From Eledone cirrhosa (lineage: Eukaryota), in the NCBI GenBank assembly GCA_964016885.1, contig OZ024743.1:248062001-248126000 (forward strand): 64,000 nt of DNA, read 5' to 3'. Below, one piece after another: positions 62,801 through 64,000 of this stretch. A program made the translations under genes and the position numbers. Position 1 is the first letter of the stretch, and every line of letters starts with the position of its first letter. The notes beneath the pieces are model-generated. The model did no database searches, was not told the origin of the DNA, and was given only the letters and a program-made list of their open reading frames with translations.

Positions 62801-63881
62801 TTAGTTGGCCTAAGGCTATAGTAGAAGACACTTGCCCAATGTGTCACACAGTAGGATAGAACTCAAAATGATGTGGTTGAAAAGCAAACTTCTTAACCAA
62901 ACAGCTATACCTCTATTATCAAAGATTGGCCTCATAACTAAATTCAGATATTGCAAGACCAATGTTCTAATAATTCCATTGATTCACTACCCCTGGATTG
63001 GTACTTTATCAACTGTGAAAGGATGAAAGACAAATTTGATCTCAATGGTATTTGAACTCAAGGTGCAAAGATTTGGACTGGTGCTTGACTTTGCCAATTC
63101 GCTGCCTTTAGATCAATAGTATGATTGAACAATGGTCAGTTTTTCAGTTAGTAAATAGAAACAGAATGAAAGGAAATATTTACCTAAATATTGTAAATGT
63201 ACACGCAGCTGATGTGTTCGTCCTGTGTAAGGAACACCTGGAAAATACAAAGTTAATGAATGTGAATGAATGCATGAGAAATTAATATTGTTAATTAAGA
63301 AGAATTAGGTTATGAATTGGTAGATTTGTTTGGGCATCAAATGCTTTGTAGTATTCCTTCTGGCTCTCTCTACTCTGAGTTCAAATTTTGCCAGGGTCAA
63401 TCATATTCTTTCGGGATTGATAAATAAGGTATCACTTCAAGTGTGGTGGATTGGTGGAATCAGTATTGTCAGACAAGGTGCGTTGCAGTATATGTTCTGG
63501 CTCTGTATGTTCCAAATTCAAATGGAAAAGTGTATGTAATAATGATAATGTTGATGACAGTAAGAATCAAAGCTTATTTTCTTAAAACAAATATTATGCT
63601 ATCTTTTATTCAATATAACTCAATAGCTAACACAAAGTTTTTAACCTTCAGCACGCTGTCAGCAACAAATTGCGACAAGAGAAGCAATTCATTTAAAAAA
63701 ATTCAGCGTCCTAAAGATTAAGATTTGAGAAATATACTACTTACACCTAACAACACTCGATTTTCCATTGTAACTAAGGCGGTTAAAGAGTGTCTTGCTT
63801 TCTTTTCCACTAGATCGAACTTGCCACAAAGATATTTTATGATTAATGCATTCCAGTGGTTGATCAACTTCAATATCACCA
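56855..63881 (-). CDS. RPUSD2: RluA-family RNA pseudouridine synthase RPUSD2-like, last five coding exons (5' part beyond window)
   Basis: Exons 63745-63881, 63184-63237, 62461-62558, 60291-60641, 56855-56917 join in phase. Motifs [38 protein letters not shown], C..C...DP...DLVMYLHALRYK and WEYSTALPGWA. AATAAA at ~56797-56802. Confidence 0.92.
58400..59080 (+). mobile_element. Old, heavily decayed copy of the PHD-RTE LINE
   Basis: [21 protein letters not shown] and ELLYADDL remnants. Confidence 0.8.
59476..59855 (+). mobile_element. RTE LINE 3' UTR fragment with (GAT)n tail
   Basis: Matches 45915-46296. Confidence 0.85.
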
Positions 63882-64000
63882 CTGAAAAGTTAAAATAAAA
63901 GTAATTCCGTATAAGAATATATATTGAATTTTGCTATATTGTGTATTAAATATAAAATATAATTGAACATTGTCGAAAAGATGAAATAAATTTGAATTAT

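Overview
Repeat-rich, AT-rich animal genomic DNA. The SINE/RTE families and (TA)n/(GAT)n tracts suggest an octopod cephalopod (inference). Three spliced housekeeping genes can be read exon by exon: MED27 (+, 8 coding exons, one GC-AG intron), FBXO22 (-, 5 coding exons) and the 3' part of RPUSD2 (-). The left end holds a decayed Ty3/Gypsy pol with its 3' LTR, a non-coding two-LTR partner with a tRNA-Trp PBS, a hAT MITE and LINE debris. From about 23 kb to 52 kb, (TA)n microsatellites act as landing sites for RTE-clade LINEs (one family with a PHD-like finger, one copy with a twin-priming 5' inversion). They also host short, often fold-back elements carrying type I hammerhead ribozyme motifs: nine readable copies from several distinct families plus one decayed copy. 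These look like Penelope pseudo-LTR or retrozyme-like elements and are the most interesting signal in the window. All structures were read by eye; no folding or database search was run.
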